DNA from: Takakia lepidozioides
Lineage: Eukaryota; Plantae; Bryophyta
Length of the DNA: 64,000 nt
NCBI GenBank assembly: GCA_030704615.1
Contig: CM060731.1
Coordinates: forward strand, 44,268,001 to 44,332,000
Direction: 5' to 3'
Shown here: positions 12,286 through 25,308 of the stretch, one piece after another
Numbering within the stretch: position 1 is the first letter of the stretch
Layout: each line of letters begins with the position of its first letter
Notes under the pieces: generated by a model
Told to the model about the DNA's origin: nothing
Seen by the model: the letters and a program-made list of their open reading frames with translations, nothing else
The model's database searches: none
Position numbers and translations under genes: made by a program

Positions 12286-12950
12286 CCCTTAAGTTCCCAA
12301 GCCCTTTTCTGATTTTTTACCAATTTTGGGTACCCAGCTGCAGTAAATTGCCTCTAGAAACCTACCAAAAATCATCCGGAGATTCCAGCCTTATAGCAAT
12401 GGGCCCAGCTCATTTATGCATGACATACCAAAAAATGAGCCAAGTCCACCGTGGAAATTGTGAGATTATAGCGTTGGCCCGGACCTCAAATATGAGGTCC
12501 CAAAGAAAAAGTGAGAAAGAAATTGGTTTGACCAAATCAAAACCTAGCTTTATCCAATTTTGCTTGCCCCAAGACCCACCATTTCCAAATCAATAGTGGA
12601 GTGGCTATGACCCCACTAAATTGCAGGTCCAACTGATTTTTTCACCTATGCTTGCTATGCATGCAATTACATGGGGGTTGAAATCTCAAAATTGACAAGA
12701 GAAAATGTGCCTCCAAATGAAGTAATTTGTTTTCTACAAAAAATTTAAAAGCCAATGGAGGATGTGTGTATGTAATGCTCACTCACCACAAGGTGAAGTG
12801 TTTTTTTCTAAAATTGCTAATTTTCTGCCAAAAATGGCCTTTGGAGTGCAATCTGTTTTGGGCTTGTTTACCTGCCACGTCAGCAGTCAACAAGCCCTTT
12901 TTAGGCCCCAAAACGTAAATGAGAGATCTAAGATATTTTTTCTAGGTCGT

Positions 12951-12991
<41 letters not shown>

Positions 12992-13131
12992 TTTGTTTTT
13001 TCCATCATACTCGAGACAAATCCCTTGTCATTAAAGCTTCAGGAGTGGGCCCCATCAGATTAGATCTGCAAAAATTAGGTCCAACTGCAAATTCAAAGTG
13101 ACCCGATTCAGGTCGCTTGGGAACTTAAGGG
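12286..13131. mobile_element. piggyBac-like MITE (846 bp)
   Basis: Perfect 17-bp TIR CCCTTAAGTTCCCAAGC / GCTTGGGAACTTAAGGG, flanked by GTAA (left) and TTAA (right). No coding capacity; internal poly-T at ~12953-12986. Confidence 0.75.
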
Positions 13132-15319
13132 TTAAGTTGTTACATTATTAGACAATAAATGTATTAATCCATTTTTTTATTGTGTGGAATAATTTTCTAA
13201 ATACAAATTCCGAAAGTATCACGACTTTTGTAAAATTTTATAATTTCGTGATCATAAATTTTTCAACAATAGTGTAATAAGTTTTTTTTGTTGTGTGAAT
13301 GTAAAACTTGTTCTTGGGTGGTGTCCCATTCCTACACCTTCATGGCGCGGTTACAATGAAAGAGGTTATTTTCTCCTGTCACTGTTAAGGGGCCTGATTT
13401 GTGAGCTGTCGCTCCCAGGTGTTTCCCTTTAAGAAAATAAAAAAACTTGTATGTTGCTCTAATCTCATATATATATATGATGCGGTATATATATATATAT
13501 ATTTCTGACAAAAAATTGTCAGTTTTCAACCTGAAATAGAGGGCTAAATATAGTGGGCATACAATCTGGAATATTTGTCAGAATGCGATAGTGGTGGATT
13601 ATCAAGCGTCTAATTGCGCCCGTGGATATGTCAGAATTACATGCCACCTGTCACATCGATTACATTAGCAGATCTGGTATTGGCATGCAATTCAAGTGAC
13701 CCCACCATCCGATCTTGAATATTTCATATTCTTGTTGTGACAAACTCGCCCAGACACCCCCATTAGTTGTTCTAGAATAAGCTAACATGTTTTTTTTCAA
13801 CATTTCAACCTGAATGGATTCTAGATAGTAGAGATCTAGCATGGTTGAAACATTTGCTGATCCACATAATAAATTCGTACCTTCAAGGTCAATATAATAA
13901 TGGTGCAAAAGATGTATGGTCCTGATTTTTACATTAATATTAATCTCTCTACAAGGGAAACATTTTGTGAGACCCAAATTTTGCAACAATATTGAGAGAG
14001 ATGATGTTTGTCTTGCAATGACAAAAATGATGTCTTTGCCATACCGATCATTTTTTCTTTCTCTTCGAAACAAAGACGAAGAACAACCTTGTTTATACAA
14101 ATGCACCATCACGGTCATATTTCTAAGCCTGCCTTTTTGTATTTCAAAAATCTTCTTAAGGGGAGATCGGGGTGCATGGTGGGATATTGGGAAATATCTT
14201 CACTTTTTCTTCCGTACAAAGTTCAACTATTTATCACATGAGTGCAAACCGGATTCGATCACTTCAAGAGATGTTTTGCAAAGCAAACGCATGTTCAAAT
14301 AGATCTGTAGCATCAATGTCCAAAATATCAAATGCATGAAGAATCTCTTGCCTGAGCTGTAGTATGTTACAAAATATAGAATCACAGAAGTTCAAAATCC
14401 ATGGGGTTGTGAACTACAAGATTTCGTTTTTACCAAACTGGATAAATAACAATGAGTCACATGAGATCAATTATCTTATTACTTTCTTTGGAGAAACACA
14501 TTAAAAATCATAAATTACAATAGTAGATGCATTCCATATTAATTGTCAAAAACATTTATTTATTTTTGTCATATGAGATAAGTATTGTCCCTCACATATT
14601 CCAAAAGGATTGTATTATTATTCATTCCAAGCTTAAGAAATCCATGAAACCACATGATCGAGAATGATACGTGTTATTGAGGATGTTCGAGGTGAATAAC
14701 ATGCCTTCGCGCATGCTATAGCTTTCCAACCATGCTAGCCAAAGCAAGTGTTGGGTTTCAGACTATTTAGAGCGGGGATTAATGCTAGATTGTGAGCCTG
14801 GCCCCATGAGCCTATGAGCCTATAAGCCTTAGCATACTCACGTTTCGGCACGTAATTTCTCGGGCCCATAACAACAGATTTGGCACCAATTACCGCGGAT
14901 GGACGCCCATTTCCGCGAACATGTGCAACGATTGTAGTTCCTTGCACCTACAAATACTGTACTAACATGTTGGCCTATGTGTGTGTGATTTTTTTTTGTT
15001 TTTTTTTGCTTGCCTTACATACATCCATTGCCTCATGCAGCTAAGGCCAAGGATGTATATAGAAACAATAAAAAAAAAACTTAGGCCAAACTTAGGCAAA
15101 AAAACACAAATGTTTTTTTTTTCTTTTTTTTTTCTTTTTTATTTGCCTTATATACGTCCATTTGCCTCGATCGTTAATGATCTAAGCACCCCCCCTCCCC
15201 CCCCAAAAAATAGAAAAAAATCTTATATATGTCCATTTGCCTATTTTCATAGCTTCATGTGTGAACCACGCCATTACAAACAAGATTCGGTGGCTAACAA
15301 TTCAAGAACGAGCTATATT

Positions 15320-15950
15320 AGCCCAACACACAGCTGAATTTCCCGATTGTATTGAATTTATTGATGGGACTTTGGTGAAGATTCGGAGACCTTGACAAAA
15401 TGAGGAACACAAGAGTTGGTTTAATGGTCGGAAAAAAAAATGTACTCCATGAACAACACGGTTATTGTTAATCACCAAGGACTGTTCATTCATATCGACC
15501 TTGGATATCCTAGATCTTTCCATGATGTGAGCATCCTACGACACTCTGATTTTCACAAGAACTGGCGTGAGCATTTTGTACATGAAGATGAGTACTTCAA
15601 GTACTTATTGGGAGATCCAGGCTACATGGGTGAGGAGATGTTCATAATGCGAAGGATTGAGAGACGTGAATTAGCACCGGGTATTGATCGGTCGGCCGTC
15701 AAGGCTTATAACAAGATGCATGCTGGCTATCGAGTCCGAGTGAAGTGGGGAATTGGTAGTCTGAAGTGCAAGTGAAGACGTCCAATGAAAAGATTTGATT
15801 TTACAAAACCAAAGTTCAACCATCTATTTCAAGCTGCAGCTTTACTCACAAACTTCTTCAAAGAAGACGTCTTGATTTCACATTTGAAGTCATCGGTAAA
15901 CAACTTGGAGACCAAGCAGAGTTTGGATGAAATGGAGACTTCTAGCTACA
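15320..15950 (+). pseudogene. Harbinger/HARBI1-type DDE transposase fragment
   Basis: FPDCIEFIDGTLVKIRRP*...WFNGRKK..YSMN...GYPRSFHDVSILR...LLGDPGY...YNKMHAGYRVRVKWGIGSLK. It has stops and frameshifts, and the third catalytic E appears as K. Confidence 0.88.
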
Positions 15951-17215
15951 AGTTTAGCATCGCTTTTATTTGTTGCTTGAACTCCTCATCACTGATTACA
16001 CCTAGATCTCTAGCAGTCTTCAGATTTGCGATCTCCACCTTATTGTGCTTTGCATGATTGATGTCCATCTTTGCAGCTACTAAAACATCTTGCTTTTCAG
16101 ATGACTCTTAAAATTGCTTGGTCATCGCTGCAATGCTCTTGGATTGTTGCTGCAGCATGTCAGCCTTTGTCATTGATTTTTCGGTTCTTGCAGCTGTAGA
16201 ACTAGAAGCAGGTGTGGATGTTAGGCACTGCTGCATCAAATTGAACATCTAAAGTAGTGATCGGATGTGAAGGGATCGAACTAGAACTGACATCTCTCCA
16301 TTTATCAAACTTTATCTCATCTTTAAAATATTCCTAGTGGCATGTCCATCTGTGGTCTTCAAACGCGCCAACACTTCGTCACTCTGCAACACTGCTTTAT
16401 CTGAATCCTCCTCATTAGAAGTTCATGTTTTCAACTCTTTCAAGGTTTCCCGTAGGCGGTCCTTCAAGGTGTCTTCTTGAAATTGAGAATCAGGGTACTG
16501 TTCTACGTAGTTTGCATACATCGTCTTCCAAACAACACTAGGATCTATCCCTACGGTAAATAACAAAGTGATGGTTGTAGGCAGCTACCATTGTGTTGAG
16601 ATGCAAGGACTCCACGATTGGTCTGTACGCTGCATATTTCCGAGTAGCCTTTGGCTTGCACTTTACAGGGAGCTTGCCATTGACATGTTCACTCTCTATG
16701 CTAGTCTCATGAAGCATTTAATTTGTCAATTGATCAAACTTCATAAACCCCCAATTCTTTGCATTGTTCTCATACTGCAGCAGGTCATTTTTAATATGAC
16801 CCTCCATATGCGTTGTTCAGTTTGAATCCTCCCAATCTACATCTACAAACCTGAACCCTAGAAACTATCAATTTCATCAAAACCTAGCACCATCACCATG
16901 TTTATTCATGCCAAATGGTTGGAGAAAATTCTCATGTGACAAAACTGACCCATGTGACAATATTGTATTTGGAGAGGTGCATAAAAGGACCAGCGTGGCA
17001 TCCACATATAAATTAGGAACTCGCCTGCAAACAAATGCAACCTCATGTCTCGGCTTTAGCGACACCTTTGCATCCTCGTTTTACGTCATAAAGCTCATCA
17101 TATCAGCTATGACAGCTCACCGCTCTTCCCATACCAACATAGGTGGCATCACTACACTTTGTCACACTCGCACGTCTTGCAGCTTGCAGCCGCTGCACTT
17201 GCTCACGTCCGTGCA

Positions 17216-18457
17216 GACGTCTCGAAGCTCGCAACTTGCGGGTCGCTTGGTGTCATGGGGTGTGCAGCTCGGCAAAAGTTCCCAAACTGGGTTTAAAACT
17301 AGTTTGACCACAAGTTCTGATGAGAAAAACTAGTTTCATCCCATGCTTTTTACGTCTGTATGAGTTTGGTCCCAGTTTTTTAACTCGTCCCCACTTTTGG
17401 CCAAACTAGGGGTATTCGTTCCCAGTTTTTGGCACTTTACGGATAATTTTACCTAAGTTTTTGGTTTTTTGGTTTTTTTTAACTTTATATGTATATCGAT
17501 TTGCCTCCAAAGTGAATGATCGTGGATTTGGCCTCACGCAGCTAAGGCCAAAAAAAAATAAAAAAAACCTTAGGCCAATTGTATGTGCAGGTGTAAGGAA
17601 CCACGATCATGGTAGCACTACTTTCTGCAGTGTTGTGTTTTGTTCATATATGTGCGCACTGATAGTGGAAAAAGTAAGAGTCTCCATGTCTACAACCTTT
17701 CTGTCAGTTAGACACATATCTGATTTCTCGCAGTATTCGATTTTCTTTCGCCTGACCTCAGATATAGGTCCTCTTTCTTTGTACTACCACCTTGTGCTCA
17801 CGCTTATAAAACGTGAGCAAGTGCAGCGGCTGCAAGCTGCGAGACGTGCGAGTGTGACGTCTCGAAACTCACAACTTGCGGGTCGCTTGGTGTCATGGGG
17901 TGTGCAGCTCGGCAAAAGTTCCCAAACTGGGTTTAAAACTAGTTTGACCACAAGTTCTGATGAGAAAAACTAGTTTTATCCCATGTTTTTTACGTCTGTA
18001 TGAGTTTGGTCCCAGTTTTTTGACTCGTCCCCACTTTTGGCCAAACTAGGGGTATTCGTTCCCAGTTTTTGGCACTTTACGGATAACTTTACCTAAGTTT
18101 TTGGTTTTTTGGTTTTTTTTAACCTTATATGTATATCGATTTGCCTCCATAGTGAATGATCGTGGATTTGGCCTCACGCAGCTAAGGCCAAAAAAAAATA
18201 AAAAAAACCTTAGGCCAATTGTATGTGCAGGTGTAAGGAACCACGATCATGGTAGCACTACTTTCTGCAGTGTTGTGTTTTGTTCATATATGTGCGCACT
18301 GATAGTGGAAAAAGTAAGAGTCTCCATGTCTACAACCTTTCTGTCAGTTAGACACATATCTGATTTCTCGCAGTATTAGATTTTCTTTCGCCTGACCTCA
18401 GATATAGGTCCTCTTTCTTTGCACTACCACCTCTGCTCATGCTTATAAAACGTGAGC
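17216..18457 (+). repeat. Near-identical direct duplication, period 640 bp (17216-~17818 / 17856-~18457)
   Basis: The same sequence recurs 640 bp apart; ORFs 17461 and 18101 translate almost identically. Confidence 0.95.
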
Positions 18458-20189
18458 CCAGGCTCACGCTCTGGTGGGGAAGCGTGAGCCTGGGCTCACG
18501 ATTTGTGGGTGAAGCGTTAGCCTAGCTCACAGGCTCACAGGGCTAGGCTCACGCCGTAGTTGCGCTGATTTAGAACAAACGTAGGCAACAACAAACCACA
18601 TTGTAAGTTCGAGGCAGAGTAACCGCTGCCTTCACAAGTATTTATTTATGCACAAGAATGCGAATGTAAGAGTCAGATAAAAGCAAAAGGTCACTTCATG
18701 TTTGAGATACCGAATGAGTCATGTCTTCTATCTAAACTGCATAGAAGTCGCAAGTTGCACCATTAAAGATTGGCTGTATTCAAACCTTGATAGTTGCACA
18801 AGTCATTGATGGATCTTCTTGAGGGCAAAGCTTGGTGAGCCATTTTTCTCAACAATGCAATTGTCATTTACGTGGTTCCATAGCTACATACTTACATTTA
18901 TGTGCTTAAGTACCCACTTAGGTACCATGTTGTAAATGAATACTGCACGGTTAGGGTACGAAAACTCTAATTTAAACAACAATCATGTTTGTGTCTTAGC
19001 AATAAATATATATCATTTTATCAAACTTAGCCACCAAAAGAATGACTTTTGCATTTGGAATATACTTCTACATTTAAGGGTATCTTTAAATAGGTCAAAT
19101 TCATCCGTAAAGTATGATAAAATTGCAAGAAAATCCTGAATCTCAAGTTTAAAGAAAGAAGGAAATAAAGAGCTAAGAAAGAAATAGCGGTCGTCCTCTC
19201 AAGATGAAAAAGAACATTGACAATACAACCTTAGTACTAGGTAAGACAACCATAACTTCACTGCTAATAAAAACATCAATACATTAAAAGTTAACATTTT
19301 TTAGTTTTGTGTTTATCTTACGAAAACCAGAACTGCTAATGTAAACGAATATCATATTACTGTGTCATAGACATAACAAAATATAATGCAAAAGAGACTT
19401 GTTATGAAAGATATATTGAAACCTTTTTTCTAAGGATCTTTCTGAAGAGGAGATCGGGACGGGTGGTGGGGATTCAAGAGAATCAGTTCTCCTTAGAATT
19501 GCCTTGTCCATAACTAGGAAATGATAGGCAAAGAAATAATGTTAAAAAAATCCACCAGCGAGTGTAACCGTCTAGCTCACGTGGATTCACAGCAAAGTAT
19601 TTAATGACTCCCTAATGCTGGAACTTTATAGCCAAAGTCTCGTTGTTATGTTAGTTGAGCGCAACTTCCTGGTTTTTTTCCTGGGGTGTTTTTCCGGCCG
19701 CTAGCTCCCAATTTTCGGGTATTCTTGAATCCCCCACAATTTTAACCCTGCGAACTCTAGCATACCCTCATTCTTTGTAGGCGTCAAGCTGTAGTACCTG
19801 CGCACTTGTGTTGACATAAATAAGTTTCATACGGCCTCCCGCGCTCGATGACGTCGTCTTCCAAGGGACTGGCCTAGTCCATTGTTTCGCATGGGCATTT
19901 GCCGCCTCTGCCCACCAATCTACACGCAGAAACAAGTTCTTTTCCCAGCTAGGCACCCAACCTTCAGTTGTTTTTGTAACCATCGTCTTCATAAATAATC
20001 CATTCCCTCTAGATGTAACAAGTACGTAATAATGATTGTTGAGCTGTTCAGTTGTAGGTAACTTGTGAAAGATTAATGGACACTAATCATGTTGTCCAGA
20101 GTTGTAAATAGCCTAACTAAAAAAAAACAGCCTTCATCTTCTTGTAAGTGCAGCCAAGAGATGTGTCTGTCCATGTATTCATCTGAAGT

Positions 20190-20830
20190 CAATACGCGAT
20201 TGAGGGGGTTTAACGACGCCGTATCGACTTCTACGGGGTCACAAAACGACGAATTAGATCCCCCACGAAATTTCGAAACAAACGACCCCCAGGGAGTCGG
20301 TCAATCATTGTAAATGCAGGGGTCGGTTGCACGGAAATTATCTGACCCCCTGAAGGTCGTTGAAATGCCTCCACCAAGTTTGAACAACGACCCCAGGGGG
20401 TCGGTAGTAATAAGCGACGGATTGGGGAGCTTGCCCAAGGTTTACTCCTAAAAGCGACCCCAAGGGGATCGCACGTATTGCCGGTGGGAAGGGGAGGAGG
20501 TATGTGGGGTTTGACACCAGAAAGCGACACCCCTTGGGTTGCTTATAAAAAGCAACGGGAGGGGGTCGATGTGGGTTTACACTAAATAGTGACCCTCCGC
20601 GGGTCGTTTCTAATAAACGATCGCTGATGTGTATGGCTCTGCGCGGGTTTCTCACTAAAAAACAACTCCCTCTGGGCCGCCTCTAGTAAGTGACGGGGAG
20701 TGGTCTATATTGGTTTACACAAACTAGTGACTCCAAGGGGGTAGTTGATAATTATCGAGGGATATATTTGTTTTAAATATTCTGGTTAATTTCAAGTGGA
20801 AAACCGACCCCTTGGGGTCGCTTAACAAAT
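20190..20830 (+). mobile_element. Probable CACTA/EnSpm terminal region with subterminal repeats
   Basis: CAATACGCGA (a degenerate CACTACG) followed by many CGACCCC / GGGGTCG motifs in both orientations. The partner end was not found. Confidence 0.45.
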
Positions 20831-23101
20831 CCAAGAGTTTACAAATTAGCATAGACATGAAGATGACAAGAAATAGCTCAATCAATAAAAGATAAAGAGT
20901 CCGAGATATAACCTACCTGAAGTTGGTGTACAATTGAATGTGAGGTAATCTTCCGTCTTGGCAGTGTGCATGGAATATGCAGAGTGCCTGGTGACTGGAG
21001 AGATGCATATATTAGGAGTGAAAGCAGTGGCAGCCATGGTTGTAGTGAGGGATATTGGAGTGGATTCAAGAAAGATTTATGAGCATAGAGTATGGTGCTA
21101 GAGCTAGACATCACCAAAACATGTTTACATGAACTCTCTATACCAACCACAATGAAAGCTTGCTTCATGATTAGCTCTATGTAAGAAAGCAAACAATTGC
21201 AACCTCTAGTGCAAGATAGTCGTGACTTGTGAGAGACCGTCTACAAGTTGCACTAACTTCGAACTTCAAAGAAGTAAATATAGAGACCCTAGCTTGAGAT
21301 CAGTAAAATACTAAAACGTTGATTAGGTCTCATAAATGTGTGCCATCGTATTCAGATTATCACTGTGTTTATCATCCATCTATGTGGTCAAATACTTGAA
21401 AAATCATCCAAGTTGCACCCTAATTCCTTCCATTTATTTCTTTCGTTCACCAATGCAACCAAGAACGGTTTTAGGATTTTTCCCATGGGGGCAGAATTAG
21501 AAAATCAGACAGACAGAATTAGACAAATCATTCTACAACTACCAAGACTAAAATGGCAGTGCCCACATCAATCTGCAATTAAAAGAAAGAGTAAAAGTAC
21601 TTGAGCACGGATACAAAATTTGATGCATCATATAATGTAGAGAAAATGTAATCATGATTCATCACAGATGGAAGATAGTTGACAAGATTATAAAATGTCT
21701 TGCTAGCTTTTATTGTCATTTTTTATTCACAATCATAGATACAGAAATAGAAACAACAAATCATGGGGTTTTGTGTTTGAGCGATTGTCAATTCATCAAA
21801 TCTCTTCAACTATAGAAAGATGCTCTTTGCAGAGAAGAAAAGATTCAAATGGAAAACACATTGAGAAAGTATATGGAAATGAGAGCACATGGATGTGGGT
21901 GTTGTTTGAGGCATGAGAATGGATATGAGAACGTTTTTCAAGGCTTGGTGTCAATACTTTATAGCACAATTGCTCCAATTGATCAAAGTATTTAGAATCA
22001 AAGTGCAAATACAGTTTCTACCAGGTTTTTCTTCAAAAACTCATTGGTACCCTTTCATATTTGACTGTATTGTAATCTCTTTGACTTTATTAGACTAGAA
22101 TTCATCAATTTTTCATTCACGCAAGTATAAACGTGAAAGGTTATATGTGTTTCAATTCACACTTACCATGTCTACATTCATACTAAACCAATTCTCTAGC
22201 TGTAGCGCCCTTTCTCTCTCCTAAATCAAATAACTTAAGCTTATTGTAGATTTTTCAGGAATCGCGCCTTCATGGCTTCTCAAGGTTTTTTTCCTTATTT
22301 TAATGTTGTTTCTAGAGCCTCCATCCCCTGTTTAAAGAAAAAAAAGCTAAGTTGAAATTAAGCCTTAAAGCATTTAGATCTGTCAGCTAAGTATCCAGAG
22401 ATCCCTGGTTTGCTAAGATTTTTGGTCAAACCTGCAAGTTGCAATTTGAAGAGTAGTTGAATTTTTCTTTCATTTCCCCCCCCCCACCTTGAGCAATGTA
22501 TAATGTTGGAACGAGCTAGTCGGTTTGAAGAATCAGTTAGGTATGTTTTCTTCCTCCGTTTCCTTTGACCCAAGAGGTTAGCAAAACTCTATACCCCACT
22601 TCTGAATTTGAAAACCCTATATCTATTAATATACATTTTGTCACATATGTCTTATATATATATATATATACATATATATAGCATTTATGACACCAGCTCT
22701 AGGGGGTTTATATGTGTTGTTATTTCCTTCATAACAATATGGTGATGGTTTGTGCAGGAGGTGACTCATAAAAAAGCTCAGGTCTGTACTGTGATATAGG
22801 GGTGTTCTAAACCTTGGCTTTGTTGGGTAAGAAGAAGATGATGAAGGAATGTGGCCATCTACTACCAACTATGTATTGTGCTTTTCTGGAAGATGATGCA
22901 GTCTGTTGCTGTATACATGTGTATTTTGGGGTCATCTCATTGATCAAGGTTGGGCAATGATCACATCTGACCTGGGAGCTCTTTTGAGGAGAAGGTCAAC
23001 TTGTTTGAGCAATTACTCGCAGAAAGAATCAGAGACTACGGTCACTTGAGCACGGTTGGGTTGTGCTCAAGAGATGGTGGAAAGATGTTGGAGCGTCAGC
23101 C

Positions 23102-25308
23102 ATGGTAGGGACTGTGCTAGTGTTGGTTGTCGCGTTTTGGATGAGCGTCCCAGCCGTCCTGGCTCGGACGGGACGGCGACTGCAGACGCAAAGCCAAGCC
23201 TCCGACATGCAAGTACTACTAGAAATGGCACAGTTGGTGAGCGTAGATCCGTATAATGCACTGGGATCCTGGGACGGCACTCAGTCTAGCGCGTGCCACT
23301 GGAATGGCGTCAAGTGCAATTCTAAAAGGAGAGTGACGGAGCTTCGTCTAAAGGACAAGCAGATGGAGGGCGTTCTATCACCCGGCCTGGGCAATCTTGA
23401 ATATTTGAAATTTTTAGAACTTTCAAATAACCATTTGAAGGGAGGCATTCCCCCCTCCCTTGGTGGCTGTACATCACTTGTTGGCTTGCAACTTGGAAGC
23501 AACCAACTAACAGGCAATGTGCCAGCAGTTCTGTTCAATCAAACTCAGCTCAACACACTGGTCCTGGCAAATAATATGCTAACAGGGACAATCCCAGCGA
23601 CTATCCTTGGCTGTACAACCCTGAGCTTACTTAGCCTTGGCAACAACTTCCTAACCGGGACCATTCCCGAACTAGGTCCCCTCAGTTTACTAGAATATGT
23701 GGATTTGAGCAAGAACGGGTTCTCAGGAAGCATACCTAGCTTTGTGGGCCTTACCCACCTGAGGACTCTAAGTTTGTCCTCAAATGGTTTGACAGGTCAG
23801 ATACCCATCTCTCTTCAAGAACTACCAAAGCTCAACGAGGTCGGCCTCTCTGACAATCAGCTAACAGGACCTATTCCAGACACGAAATTCTTCCAGCATC
23901 TTCCATTATCGACATATGCGGGTAATGTTGGGCTCTGTGGGCCCATACTGAAGAAGGATTGCTCTGAAATTACCTCTGCCACGGGTGGGAACAGTACTGT
24001 ACCAAGGTTGCCTGGAACCGTTGCCGCGAAATCAGGCGAGAAGGTTCCACTGCCCTCAACAAACTCCAAGCTCTCAGAGATCAGCATCATCATACTATCC
24101 TGTGTCGTGGGTGGGGCGGGGCTGGTGATCAGCCTCCTTATTGTTTGGTGGTGTTATTCCGGCCGCGACCGCTCAAGTGGCCATGAATTTGGGAATGTGA
24201 CAAATGCGGATGTTGCCCCTTTGGCAGGCCAAGGGAGCGGATTCTCTGAAGCTGATCTTCAGAAGGCAACTGATGGGTTTAGTAAAGTTAATGTGATTGG
24301 AATTGGGAGATCTAGTACTGTCTTCAGGGGGATCTTGCCTAGCGGTCAAATCGTTGCGGTAAAAAGATTAAATTCAAAGAACAATAACTTGGATTTACAG
24401 CACAACTTCGTTGCTGAGTGTCGTGTGTTGAGCCGAATCACGAAACACCCTGGCTTGGTACGAGTGCTAGATTTTTGCGCCAGCTCTAACCTTTTGGCCA
24501 TAATTTTGGAGTTTATGCCTAATGGCACCCTGGAAAAGAACTTGTATGAGCGGAAGATGAGCTGGGAGGATCGCCTCATCCTTGCCATCGGTGTGGCAAA
24601 CGGGCTAGTGTATCTGCATCATGAGTGCTCGGAGCACCGAGTGTACTGTGATTTGAAGCCCTCACACATTCTTGTTGACGTAAGTGGCAAGGCGAACATC
24701 ACTGATCTTGGCATACCCCGATTTGCAACAGTACGGAACGTCGTTGGCCTTCCTAGTGCTGTCTTGCATGGCACAGCTGGCTACTCTGCTCCAGGTGAAA
24801 ACACTGGGGTTCAACCACCGTGCTTTGCCTTACAATTCTAGTTGGAAAGCCTAGGTACAATAATTCTGTGAAATGTACACGTGTCTTCATGCATACCTCA
24901 CCACATGCATTGCACATTGCATGCTCGAGCTAACAATCCGACATGCCTATGGGTTGGTGGATTTGATGAGCAGAATATGCACACACAACGGGAGCCACAC
25001 CAAAGGGAGATGTGTACAGCTTTGGCATCATAATTCTCGAGTTGCTCGTCAGGAAGAAGGCCAAGGACATTCTGGTGAGTGAAGGTATAAGCCTCGCACA
25101 GTGGGTGAAGCAAGCGTTGGCTAAACCGCAGCTTCTTGTGCAAGTATTTGATGTGGAACTGCTGCAGACTATGGGTATTGACAATCACCTGCTAGAGCTG
25201 ATGGATGTGGCCATGCTTTGTACACACGAGGTGCCTGAGAGACGGCCGTCCATGCCGGACGTGCTCAAGGTGCTCCTGAAAATCCAAGGACATCGACGGG
25301 CGCGGTGA
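23102..25308 (+). CDS. LRR receptor-like kinase, non-RD type; exons 23102-24794, 24974-25308
   Basis: Signal peptide, LRRNT (WDGTQSSACHWNGVKC), about 8 plant LRRs, GNVGLCG cap, TM (IIILSCVVGGAGLVISLLIVWW) and kinase (VAVK, YCDLKPSH, DLG, GTAGYSAP|EY, GDVYSFG, RPSM). The intron falls at the conserved APE position. Confidence 0.92.

Larger units (their letters stand above)
14792..18552 (+). mobile_element. PIF/Harbinger DNA transposon relic
   Basis: Imperfect 28-bp inverted repeats (14792-14819 vs 18525-18552, GTGAGCCT-rich) enclose a DDE_Tnp_4-type transposase remnant. The exact termini and TSD could not be fixed. Confidence 0.7.

Noticed and set aside
13330-14400. ORFs 13660..14118 and 13916..14302, with weak similarity between ~14150-14200 and ~19435-19490
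   Set aside because: No recognisable domain; probably old TE debris.
20880-22100. Possible CACTA transposase remnants on the minus strand
   Set aside because: Too degraded to recognise any motif.
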